Source: Schmidtea polychroa (lineage: Eukaryota). From it: a stretch of 64,000 nucleotides of DNA. The stretch covers positions 26,040,001 through 26,104,000 of the forward strand of contig CM097885.1 of the NCBI GenBank assembly GCA_044892525.1. The letters are read 5' to 3'. Both the position numbers and the translations under genes were made by a program. Below the pieces are notes generated by a model. It did no database searches, had not been told where the DNA came from, and worked only from the letters and a program-made list of their open reading frames with translations. Positions 1-9,200 of the stretch are shown in pieces. The stretch's first letter is position 1, and each line of letters starts with the position of its first letter.

Positions 1-492
1 TTGAAAAAATATTTTGTATATCAAGGTAATAAAACTTGGATAAATGTTTTGCCAAAAATTATTTTCAGTTACAATCATTCACCACACAGAGGATTAAAAG
101 GACAAACACCTGCAGATTTTACTAAAAATCAAACAAAGTCAGAAAAAATCAATAAACCGAAATACAAGGTTGGTGATCATGTAAGAATTAGTAAAATCAA
201 TTCTTCACCATTCATCAAAAACTTTGATAATAATTGGAGTGATGAAGTATATCAAATTTTTAAAATCGATACAAAACAGAATCCTGTCATGTATGTGATA
301 GTTGATCATGAAAACAAACCAATCACTGGTAAATTCTATGAACAAGAACTCCAAGTAATTCCTGCTCCTACAATATTTAGAATTCAAAAGATTTTAAAAA
401 CCAAAAAAGATGGTAAATATAAACAATACTATGTTAAATGGCATGGATATGAAACTCCATCTTGGATATCTGAAAATCAATTGATTAAATAA
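1..492 (+). CDS. Retroviral-like integrase, C-terminal part with chromodomain (5' truncated by the window)
   Basis: YNHSPHRGL..TPA, KYKVGDHVRISK, NWSDEVYQI and GKFYEQELQ motifs of Polinton integrases, followed by the chromodomain-like KILKTK..YYVKWHGY..PSWI. Confidence 0.93.
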   Translation: MKKYFVYQGNKTWINVLPKIIFSYNHSPHRGLKGQTPADFTKNQTKSEKINKPKYKVGDHVRISKINSSPFIKNFDNNWSDEVYQIFKIDTKQNPVMYVIVDHENKPITGKFYEQELQVIPAPTIFRIQKILKTKKDGKYKQYYVKWHGYETPSWISENQLIK

Positions 493-497
493 ATATT

Positions 498-1523
498 ATG
501 AAAGATTTTTATATTATTTTACCTTCTAATAGTTGTCCTCTTATTTTCCCCGATAATGAAGCTAGTAAATTTAATGTCGAATTTCAAAATCCTATTTACT
601 TGGATGGTGAATGGGAAGTAGCTCTCATGGACTTTACCTTTGTGTATAATACTTTTCCTTATTACAGTAATTCATTGATACAATATGAAAAAGTAAAGAT
701 GGATGAAGAAATTAAATATTTTAGAATAAATAATTCAAATCGAACCTTTGAAGTAATAAATCCTAAAAATACTCCTGAAGTTGACATGTTCATTGAAAGA
801 TATGAGAATTTGGTTGTTGTTTGTCCACATGTTCCATTTAAAATAACGTTTCCAGATTTTGAACATGCTATTAAATTTGGATTAAAATCAGTATCGGTTA
901 TTAGTGATAGTGATCATTTGCGAATTAAATTACCAAAATTTACAGAAGATAAAACAATTGATCAATTTGGTATAATTATAAGTGTTGTTGAAAAAACAAA
1001 ATTTGAACATTATTTCGAAGATGAACTATACATCAATACTTTATCTGAAATACATGGTCAGTTAATGACAATTAATCCGTCTCCCTTTAAAGATTTAAAA
1101 ATACAAAATAATGAATTGGTTAAAATAAGTCTTGCTGATAACATTTCATCAATAACCTTTGATAAAAATTTAACAAAAACATTGGGATTAAAGAAACAAA
1201 CATTTACAGAGAAAGAAATTATTGGAACAAAAATTCCAAAGTTATTTAATCATCATCAACAAATGTTTATTTACTCAAATATTATCGAACCATTGACTGT
1301 TGGAGATGTATGAGTTCCGTTATTGAAATCTATTTGGATAAAAAAATATGAACAAGGAGAAATTGTGCAACTAGAAATGAAGAATCCAATGTATCTACCA
1401 ATTTCTAATTCTTCTATAAACAACATTGAAATCAATATACGAGATGATAGTGGAAAATTAATAAAATTTAGTAGAGATACAAAAACACACTTGACATTAC
1501 ATTTTCGTAAAATAAATGATTAA
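498..1523 (+). pseudogene. Minor capsid protein (penton) copy 1, interrupted by an in-frame TGA at 1311-1313
   Basis: FYIILPSNS..FPDN..F.V....I.LDGEWEVAL N-terminus and IEINIRDDSG..LTLHFR C-terminus. The frame continues directly after the TGA (VPLLKSIW), matching paralogue LVPLLKCIW. Confidence 0.88.
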
Positions 1524-2532
1524 AAAAGATTTTTATGTGAATTTACCTTCTAATAGTTGTCCTCAGACTCATCCAAATAATGAAGCTGGTAAATTTAATG
1601 TCGAATTTCAAAATCCTATTTACTTGGATGGTGAATGGGAAGTAGCTCTCATGGACTTTACCTTTGTGTATAATTATTTTCCTTTTTACAGTAATTCAAA
1701 TGTCAAATATAGTAAAAGTGTATTACATACAAGTTATGAATACTTTTACTTTAACCAAGAAAAAAATGAATATACAATCAGTCACGACTCTCCATTTTAT
1801 TTAATATATATTGATGGAAATACATTGAACATTAATTGTAAATATTTTCCTTTTAAAGTAGAATTCGATAGTATTAAAGAAGCGCAGAAATTGGGATTTT
1901 CAGAAAAAGAAATAACTTTTAAAAAAGCCTTGAACCAAATCACTATTCCTCCAAATAATCGAAAAATAAAGTTTGATACAATTCGACTAACTATACAATA
2001 TTATTACGATGTCGAGTATACAGATACATTCGAAGAAAATATCATTACAGATCTTTCACAAATAAATGATCAACTATCACTCTTTTATCCTCGTCCATTT
2101 AAATCTGTTGATATTCAAAAAGGAAAAATCGTTAAAATTGTAATGGATGATGATGTCAGTAAAGTTCAATTTAGTAAATTTTTAGCCAATAGTTTAGGAT
2201 TATTAGAAGAAGCATATACTGACAAACTTATTATTGGTTTTAAAGAACCTGAAGTATTACAACGCAATCAACAATTGATGATCTATACAAATATTATCGA
2301 ACCTATTATTGTTGGTGATACATTGGTCCCTCTTTTGAAATGTATTTGGGTGGAAAAACATAAAAAAGATGATTTAGTACAAATAATTGAAAAGAATCCA
2401 ATGTACTTACCTGTATCGTCTTCATATATAAACAATATAGAAATCAATATACGAGATGATAGTGGAAAATATATATTTGGAAAAGAAGATAAAACATACT
2501 TGACATTACATTTTCGTAAAATAAATGAGTAA
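1516..2532 (+). CDS. Minor capsid protein (penton) copy 2, intact
   Basis: Same terminal motifs as copy 1; uninterrupted 338-aa ORF whose ATG overlaps the copy 1 stop. Confidence 0.88.
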   Translation: MIKKDFYVNLPSNSCPQTHPNNEAGKFNVEFQNPIYLDGEWEVALMDFTFVYNYFPFYSNSNVKYSKSVLHTSYEYFYFNQEKNEYTISHDSPFYLIYIDGNTLNINCKYFPFKVEFDSIKEAQKLGFSEKEITFKKALNQITIPPNNRKIKFDTIRLTIQYYYDVEYTDTFEENIITDLSQINDQLSLFYPRPFKSVDIQKGKIVKIVMDDDVSKVQFSKFLANSLGLLEEAYTDKLIIGFKEPEVLQRNQQLMIYTNIIEPIIVGDTLVPLLKCIWVEKHKKDDLVQIIEKNPMYLPVSSSYINNIEINIRDDSGKYIFGKEDKTYLTLHFRKINE

Positions 2533-2923
2533 TCCTGACATAATACATTTTTATAGTAGTAACCAATCGGGTGGTGATTTACCATATTTTGTTGGTAAAC
2601 AATATGGAACCGGTTGGTTGAAGACAATAGGTAGATTTGCACTCCCAATTCTTAGACGAATAGGAAATTTTGGTATGAAAACAGCTAATGACGTAATAAA
2701 TAACAATGCAAATATCTTGCCTGCTTTAAAATCAAATGCAATTTCTGAAATTAAAGAATCATTACCAGCTGTGATGCAACATTTACCTGAAGTAATTAAT
2801 AAAGTATCCGATGTATTTAAAAATGATAAAGAACAAAAAGGCGGAATACTTAAACGCCGAAAAATTATGAAGAAACATATAAACAAAAGAATGAAAGGAT
2901 ATGGTACCATCTTTGAAAAATGA
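2525..2923 (+). CDS. Small conserved Polinton virion protein (pVI-like, putatively membrane-active)
   Basis: QSGG..LPYF.G.QYG.GW...IGRFALPILRRIG amphipathic motif, basic C-terminus, and position between penton and major capsid genes. Confidence 0.7.
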   Translation: MSNPDIIHFYSSNQSGGDLPYFVGKQYGTGWLKTIGRFALPILRRIGNFGMKTANDVINNNANILPALKSNAISEIKESLPAVMQHLPEVINKVSDVFKNDKEQKGGILKRRKIMKKHINKRMKGYGTIFEK

Positions 2924-4143
2924 TTAGTGCTAAATCAGAATTATGTCTTTTTGATAGACCTTCTCCCCAAGCAGTGATTGAACATGGAGCATTTGAAGAT
3001 GTATACCCAAGAAATTCTATTACAGATGCTGGTTCTTCTTCGATTCAATTTTACATAAATGGATCGCAGACTGAATATTTAGATTTGAATGATACTTTGT
3101 TATATATTCAATTGAAAGTTGTTAATAATTTAGGTGAGAATTTAGGCGAATCAGAAGTAATTCCAAATAATTTCTTCTTCCAAACCCTTTTTAAAGATGT
3201 TGAATTAATTTTTAATTCAATCAAAGTTGAAGGATCAAATGATAGATTTGCCCACAAAGCATTAATTGAAACACTTATAAATTATGACGGAGATACTAAA
3301 CGAACATCTTTAGGTGGAATGGGGTATACTAACAAAGATCTTACGAGAAAAACATGGATTGAAAAATCAAAATCCTTTTCTTTATGTTCCCCACTTCAAT
3401 TTGATTTCTTTGATCAACCTAAATATTTACTACCAGGTGTTAGTGTTCAAATTAAATTAACAAGATCAAATCCAACACTTAGTTTAACTTGTGCGAAAAT
3501 TGAACCGAAAATTTTATTATTAGACGCAAAATTAATGGTTAGAAGAGTTCGTGTTGAACCATCGGTTTTGGCAGGACATCAAATTGGTCTGTCTACCAAA
3601 AATGCAATTTATCCTTTAAGAAGCAAAGAAGTTGTTGATTTCTCATTACCTATTGGTTCTTCCTCTTTTTATAAAGAACAAATATTTGGAGATAGACGAT
3701 TACCTAATTTTATACTTGTTGCATTTCAATCTAGTAAAAGATTTAGTGGATCGTTTTCAGAATCATTTTCTTTATTTGATCACTTTAATGTCAAGTCCAT
3801 AACTTTAAGTAAAGGAAGTGATTATCGCGAAAAATATAGTCAAGATTTTGAGAATGATGATTATAGTACAAGTTATATGCAATCGATTATTAGAAATATG
3901 GGTTATCTAAATAAAAATATGAATTGTGGTATCACCATGTCTGATTTTAAGAGCAAGTATCCATTCTTTACATTCGTATTGGCACCAGATTTTGATCTTC
4001 ATCAAAGTCAGTTACCACAAAGTGGAAATTTGCGATTAGATATTAAATTCGCATCTTCACTTACTGAAGCTGTTTCTGTAATCGTATATGGAGTTTTTGA
4101 AAAAGAAATTCAAATTACATCTACTCGTACTGTTTTGGTATAA
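2920..4143 (+). CDS. Double jelly-roll major capsid protein (hexon/PY)
   Basis: KSELCLF..P..Q..I....F..VYP...I....IQF.I.G...EYLDL..T.LY N-terminus and G.LRLDIKF..L...V..IVYG C-terminus typical of Polinton MCP; 407 aa. Confidence 0.93.
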   Translation: MISAKSELCLFDRPSPQAVIEHGAFEDVYPRNSITDAGSSSIQFYINGSQTEYLDLNDTLLYIQLKVVNNLGENLGESEVIPNNFFFQTLFKDVELIFNSIKVEGSNDRFAHKALIETLINYDGDTKRTSLGGMGYTNKDLTRKTWIEKSKSFSLCSPLQFDFFDQPKYLLPGVSVQIKLTRSNPTLSLTCAKIEPKILLLDAKLMVRRVRVEPSVLAGHQIGLSTKNAIYPLRSKEVVDFSLPIGSSSFYKEQIFGDRRLPNFILVAFQSSKRFSGSFSESFSLFDHFNVKSITLSKGSDYREKYSQDFENDDYSTSYMQSIIRNMGYLNKNMNCGITMSDFKSKYPFFTFVLAPDFDLHQSQLPQSGNLRLDIKFASSLTEAVSVIVYGVFEKEIQITSTRTVLV

Positions 4144-4177
4144 TATAAACCAAATATCGAAAATCAATTAATCAAAT

Positions 4178-4556
4178 ATGAAGTAAGAATTAATTTAAAT
4201 TATTTAATTATTATTAATTTAGTTCTATTCAGATACATGTTATCGGAAGAAAATTACTAGGAAAAGAATTTCTAGGTGTTTTCCCATTAGACAAAATACC
4301 TTATTTAGATGTCAACAAAGCAATAATTGTAAATACTCAATCTGCTAATCTGAATGGTGAACATTGGCTTGCAGTATACGTGAAACCAGACAAAATATAT
4401 GCATTTGATCCAATGGGATTCTATTATCCACCTATATTAATCAATAAACTACAATCAATGTCAATGCCGATTGAATACAATCGAATACGTTACCAAAACC
4501 CTATAACAAAAACATGTGGACAACATTGTTTGGCTTGGTTAAAGTCAATGAAATAA
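4178..4556 (+). CDS. Adenain-like cysteine protease; two exons (4178-4182, 4223-4556), 40-nt intron 4183-4222; 112 aa
   Basis: The spliced product MNSIQIHVIGRKLLGKEFLGVFPLDKIP...NTQSANLNGEHWLAV...YAFDPMG...YQNPITKTCGQHCLAWL has the adenain H/D/Q/C catalytic residues. Unspliced, the frame has an upstream TAA and no N-terminal ATG. The intron is GTAAG...TTTAG. Confidence 0.9.
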
Positions 4557-4970
4557 ATTTTTATAATAAAAAGTTGTTTTCAATAAATTTTAGCTGATTA
4601 TTTCAATAAATTTTTAGTTGATTATTAATTCAATATAATTGATTATTAAAATTTAAATTTTAGTTGATTATTAAACTAAATCTTTAATTAAGTTAATTAT
4701 TATGTAAGGTATTAAATCCTTTAATTATTATGCAAGTTATTTAATCCTTTAATTATTATGTAAGTTATTTAATCTTTTAATTATTACGCATGGTATCAAA
4801 TTTAATCCTTTAATTATTACGTAATGTATTAAGTAGAAGAAGAAGTATATAAATGATTTGTTTTTAAAATTTGCTCATAATTTGCTAGTACCAAGGATTG
4901 TAAGAATTTTATTTTTTAATTATTAAAATTTAATTATTTTTTAGATAAAAAAGATTGAAACTAAAAAACT

Positions 4971-5117
4971 ATGAAAATGAACAAAAATTCTGAAATGAAT
5001 GAAACTATGAACAAAAATTCTGAAATGAATGAAACTATGAACAAAAATGTCAAATGTAAGTATTTTTATCAATTTTTTTATAAAATTTTATAAGATGAAA
5101 TTACTAATATTTTTTAA
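4971..5117 (+). CDS. Putative small spliced Polinton gene (about 35 aa, 30-nt internal repeat)
   Basis: TATATAAA at 4846, candidate 5'UTR intron 4900-4944 (GTAAG...TTAG), ATG 4971 and donor GTAAGT at 5056. An acceptor at 5094 gives MKMNKNSEMNETMNKNSEMNETMNKNVKYEITNIF. The 3' exon assignment is uncertain. Confidence 0.4.
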
Positions 5118-5229
5118 TGATTATTAATGATATTTTTATATAATTTTTTAATAAAATTTTATTTGATCTTAAGAGGAAATTCACTCATTTTTTATAATCT
5201 AATATTTTACTAATATTTTAAATAAAATT

Positions 5230-5640
5230 TTATAATGAAATAAGGGTAAATCCCTCGTAAAAATTTTTTTTTATATAATGATGAAATTATTAACATTTTT
5301 AAATAATATTTTATAATGAAATTATTATTAATGTTATTTTTTAATGATATTTATTTTGAAATAAGGGGAAATCCCTCGTAAAATTTTTTTATAATGATGA
5401 AATTATTAACATTTTTAAATAATATTTTATAATGAAATTATTATTAATGATATTTATTTTGAAATAAGGGGAAATCCCTCGCAAATTTTTTTTATAATGA
5501 TAATAATGTAGTCTACAGTGAGCACGTAGCTACATAATAGTCTGCAGTGAGCATGCAGTACTCTTTAATATAATAATGTAGTCTACAGTGAGCACGTAGC
5601 TACATAATAGTCTGCAGTGAGCATGCAGTACTCTTTAATA
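5230..5640. repeat. Polinton intergenic repeats: 3x GAAATAAGGG(G/T)AAATCCCTCG units and a perfect 70-bp tandem duplication (5501-5570, 5571-5640)
   Basis: Direct comparison of the copies. Confidence 0.9.
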
Positions 5641-5714
5641 ATAATCTGACCCTTATTAAATACTTATTAACTTTAAAATTTTTTTCAACAACATTTAAAA
5701 TAACACTTAAATAT

Positions 5715-6147
5715 TTATTCAAAAACATTTGTAATTTTCCAAATTGGTTTAATTATAACTCCATTTATCTTGACTCCTTGAATAAGTATTCGCACTTTTG
5801 ATTTTTTATCTTCGTCTAATTTACACCCTTTTTCACAATTGATAAATGTAAATTTTTCATTAAAAATCATTTCTTTATTAATTAATTTAAGAATTTCTCC
5901 AAGATTTTTTCTATCTTCTTCCCCAATATCTCCAATTTGAATATTGAATTGACATGTTTTTAAATTAACTGGTTCCTATAACAAATTAATATTAAATAAT
6001 TAAATAAAAAATTACCTTGAACGAATAAGTAATAGGATATTTCAAATAGTACATATTATATTGAAGGAATTGAATAGGAGGTTTACATACCATACCTATA
6101 ACTGATGTACTATTTTCTTCTAATAGGATACTATTTATAGTAGACAT
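5715..6147 (-). CDS. Uncharacterised Polinton protein, 130 aa; two exons (6147-6016, 5975-5715), 40-nt intron 6015-5976; possibly an OB-fold ssDNA-binding protein
   Basis: ATG at 6147, a 132-nt exon, a GTAATT...TATAG intron, then a 261-nt exon ending in TAA, open throughout. The C-terminus KVRILIQGVKINGVIIKPIWKITNV is beta-rich. Confidence 0.8.
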
Positions 6148-6202
6148 TTTTTGTTAAATTTATTTCATTAAATTATCATTTATAGCAAATAATTAATTTT
6201 GA

Positions 6203-9200
6203 TTGGATGCATACATGCAAAATTATAAGAAAATTTTAATAGTATTATTTTTATCAAATGTTTTAGCCAAATTTTTAAATGTATATATTTTAGGTATACT
6301 TTATCCAAATTATTGTTCGTCGAAAGAACATAATAATTGCCATTCTATAATGGAGAATTATTATTCTAAAAAATACTATAATAAAACTTTTTTTATATGC
6401 CCCATATGTAAGATTAGCGAGCCCTTAACATATAGCGTTTTTTATAATAAGCATAAACAACATTTAGATAGGTTCAATTCTAAAAAAGATGTTATTTTTA
6501 AACGTCCTTCAACTATTGAAATAAATACTACTAATAAAAAAATTAAATTAAATACATTTGTTGAATCCCAGGTCGGATTAGTTGATGAATCCAATGATGG
6601 ATTGCCTTTTGCTGAATCCAATGTTGGATTGTCTTTTGCTGAATCCAATGATGGATTGTCTTTTGCTGAATCCGATGATGGATTGTCTTTTGCTGAATCC
6701 AATGATGGATTGCCTTTTGTTGAATCCCAGGTCGGATTAGTTGATGAATCCTATAATGAATTTGATAATCTTTCACTCGACTCTTGGGATGTAGGCGAAC
6801 CCAATAATGAATTTGATAATCTTTCACTCGACTCTTGGGATGTAGGCGAACCCAATAATGAATTTGATAATCTTTCGCTCGACTCTTGGGATGTAGGCGA
6901 ACCCAATAATGAATTTGATAATCTTTCACTCGACTCTTCGACTACTAATGTACAAATAGGAGGTAATGTACCCATAGTACAAAAAGATTTAAGGGGTACA
7001 CATCAAATTTTAAGTCTAAATACAAGTAACTTGAATATAAAGGAAATAATATTTCCAGAACAATTAATTATAAAATTACGAGATATTATTAACGAATTAG
7101 GCTCCGTCAAAATTCAATTCGGAATAACAATCGAATTTGAAAAAGACGGGGAAATAAAGGTTAATAATATTTCGAATTACGCAAAACCTTTAACTGCCTC
7201 ATTTTTTGACGAAGGCATTAGAGAACTAAACGAGAAAATAAGTAATATCACAGAGTTAGGAAGTAGCTGGATCATAAAAAAAATAACTGAAATTCACTTC
7301 ACCATAACAAAGATAAGTAGGCTAAGTAGATTAAGTGGTAGGAGTTTCATTGAACTACCTACTTGTCTAAAAAATAAAAAATGCTTAATTAATGTAAAAA
7401 ACACCGACGATTCGTGTTTTTTATATAGCATTTTAGCTATTTTAAAATATGATGAAGTTATTAAACAATATAGAAATAGAACATCCAGTTATAATTTATC
7501 TGAGTTAATATATAATCCATTAGACTTACCAATGAAATTAAAAGATATTAGAAAATTCGAGGCCAAAAATCCTGGTTTAATAATTAATGTTTTTTCTTAT
7601 GACAATAACAAACAATTAATAGATAATTACGTTTTAAAACACCCCCATTTAGACATTATACATCGTTCCAAAGTTTTAAATGGAACAGTAATTAATTTAC
7701 TATTATTAAATAAAGGGAACAATTTCCATTACATTGCTATAAGCAATTTAAATAGGTTACTGAATTGCCACATAAACACTAGTTGTCCTACACGCATACA
7801 ATCAATATGGTGTCATCGTTGTTTGAATGGTTTTAAAAATAGAAACGCACTAGAAAAACATGAAATATTATGCAAACGCAATCAATTAGGAACTACTCTT
7901 TATACTTTCCCTCAAAATAAATTCTTACAGTTTACTGACTGGTCGAAAACAGTAACTCCTCCTTTCGTAGTTTATGCCGATTTTGAGGCTATTTTACCTT
8001 GTGATAATGTTCATTTTCAGCGACACATGCCAATATCTGCTGGTCTTTTACTAGTAAATAACTTTGACGGATCTAAATCCTATCAACAGTTTATAGGTTT
8101 AGATTGCGTCGAGAGTTTTTTAAGTGCTATAGAGGATATAGCATTAAATAAGGTTCTTCCTTTTTATTATAAAATGGGTAGGAAACCAATGATTAAATTA
8201 ACTAAAAATGAGCAACAACAATTCATTAATTCAACGGTTTGTTATCTTTGTTTGAAATCTATCGTGGATCCTGTTAGAGATCACGATCATTTTACGGGCA
8301 AATACTTGGGTGCAGCTTGTAGCACATGTAACGTAAATAGAAAAATAAATAAAATTTTGCCTATCGTATTTCACAACTTGAAGGGATACGATATGCATCA
8401 TATACTTAAATATGGATTAAATAAATTTAAAAATTGGAATTTAGGGTGCATCCCAATAACTACGGAAAAATTTATATCTTTGATTGCTCATTTAGGCAAA
8501 ATTAGCATAAGATTCATTGATTCATATCAATTTGTCAATGATTCTTTGGCTAAAGCAGTCAAAACTTTGAATTCTTTGCCTTTTACTAATTCTGCTTTTT
8601 CTGGCACCATAGTAGGTGAAAAAGGAATCTTCCCTTATAATTTCGCCACTTCTTTAGATGTTCTACAAACTACGTATGAATTACCACCAATCTGGGAGGG
8701 TGTCACTGAGCTTGAGTATGAAAAAGCTCAGGAGATTTGGGTAGAATCTAATTGCAGAACTTTATTAGATTATATGATGATCTACCTAAAACTTGATTGT
8801 TTTCTTTTGGCTGATTTCTTTCATCAGTTTAGGTTGAAATCAATTGCTCACAATAGATTAGAACCTTTGAATTATTTCGGAATTCCAGGCATGTCTTGGT
8901 CTTCTGCATTAATGTCTTTAAATGAACCAATTGAACTCATAACTGAAAACGAAATGTTTAGCTTTTATGAGGGTGGAATAAGAGGCGGTCTTACTTTTGT
9001 GAATAAGCATTACGTAAAAACCGACGAGAACACCGAGTTACTTTATATAGATATTAATAATCTTTATGGGTGGGCTTTAAGTCAATCATTACCTTGTGGC
9101 GAATTTTGTTGGGTTCTTGATGGATTTGATGGAAATACTGGATGAATGTAGGAATTTAAATCTTGAATCTTTGTCTTATGGATACACACTTGAAGTTGAT

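Noticed and set aside
6442-6975. Minus-strand ORFs 6442-6702, 6543-6929 and 6751-6975
   Set aside because: They are antisense shadows of the polB tandem repeats.
9113-9151. GT...AG segment as an intron repairing the polB frameshift
   Set aside because: It is 39 nt, so it keeps the same frame and meets a TGA; it would also delete plausible coding residues.
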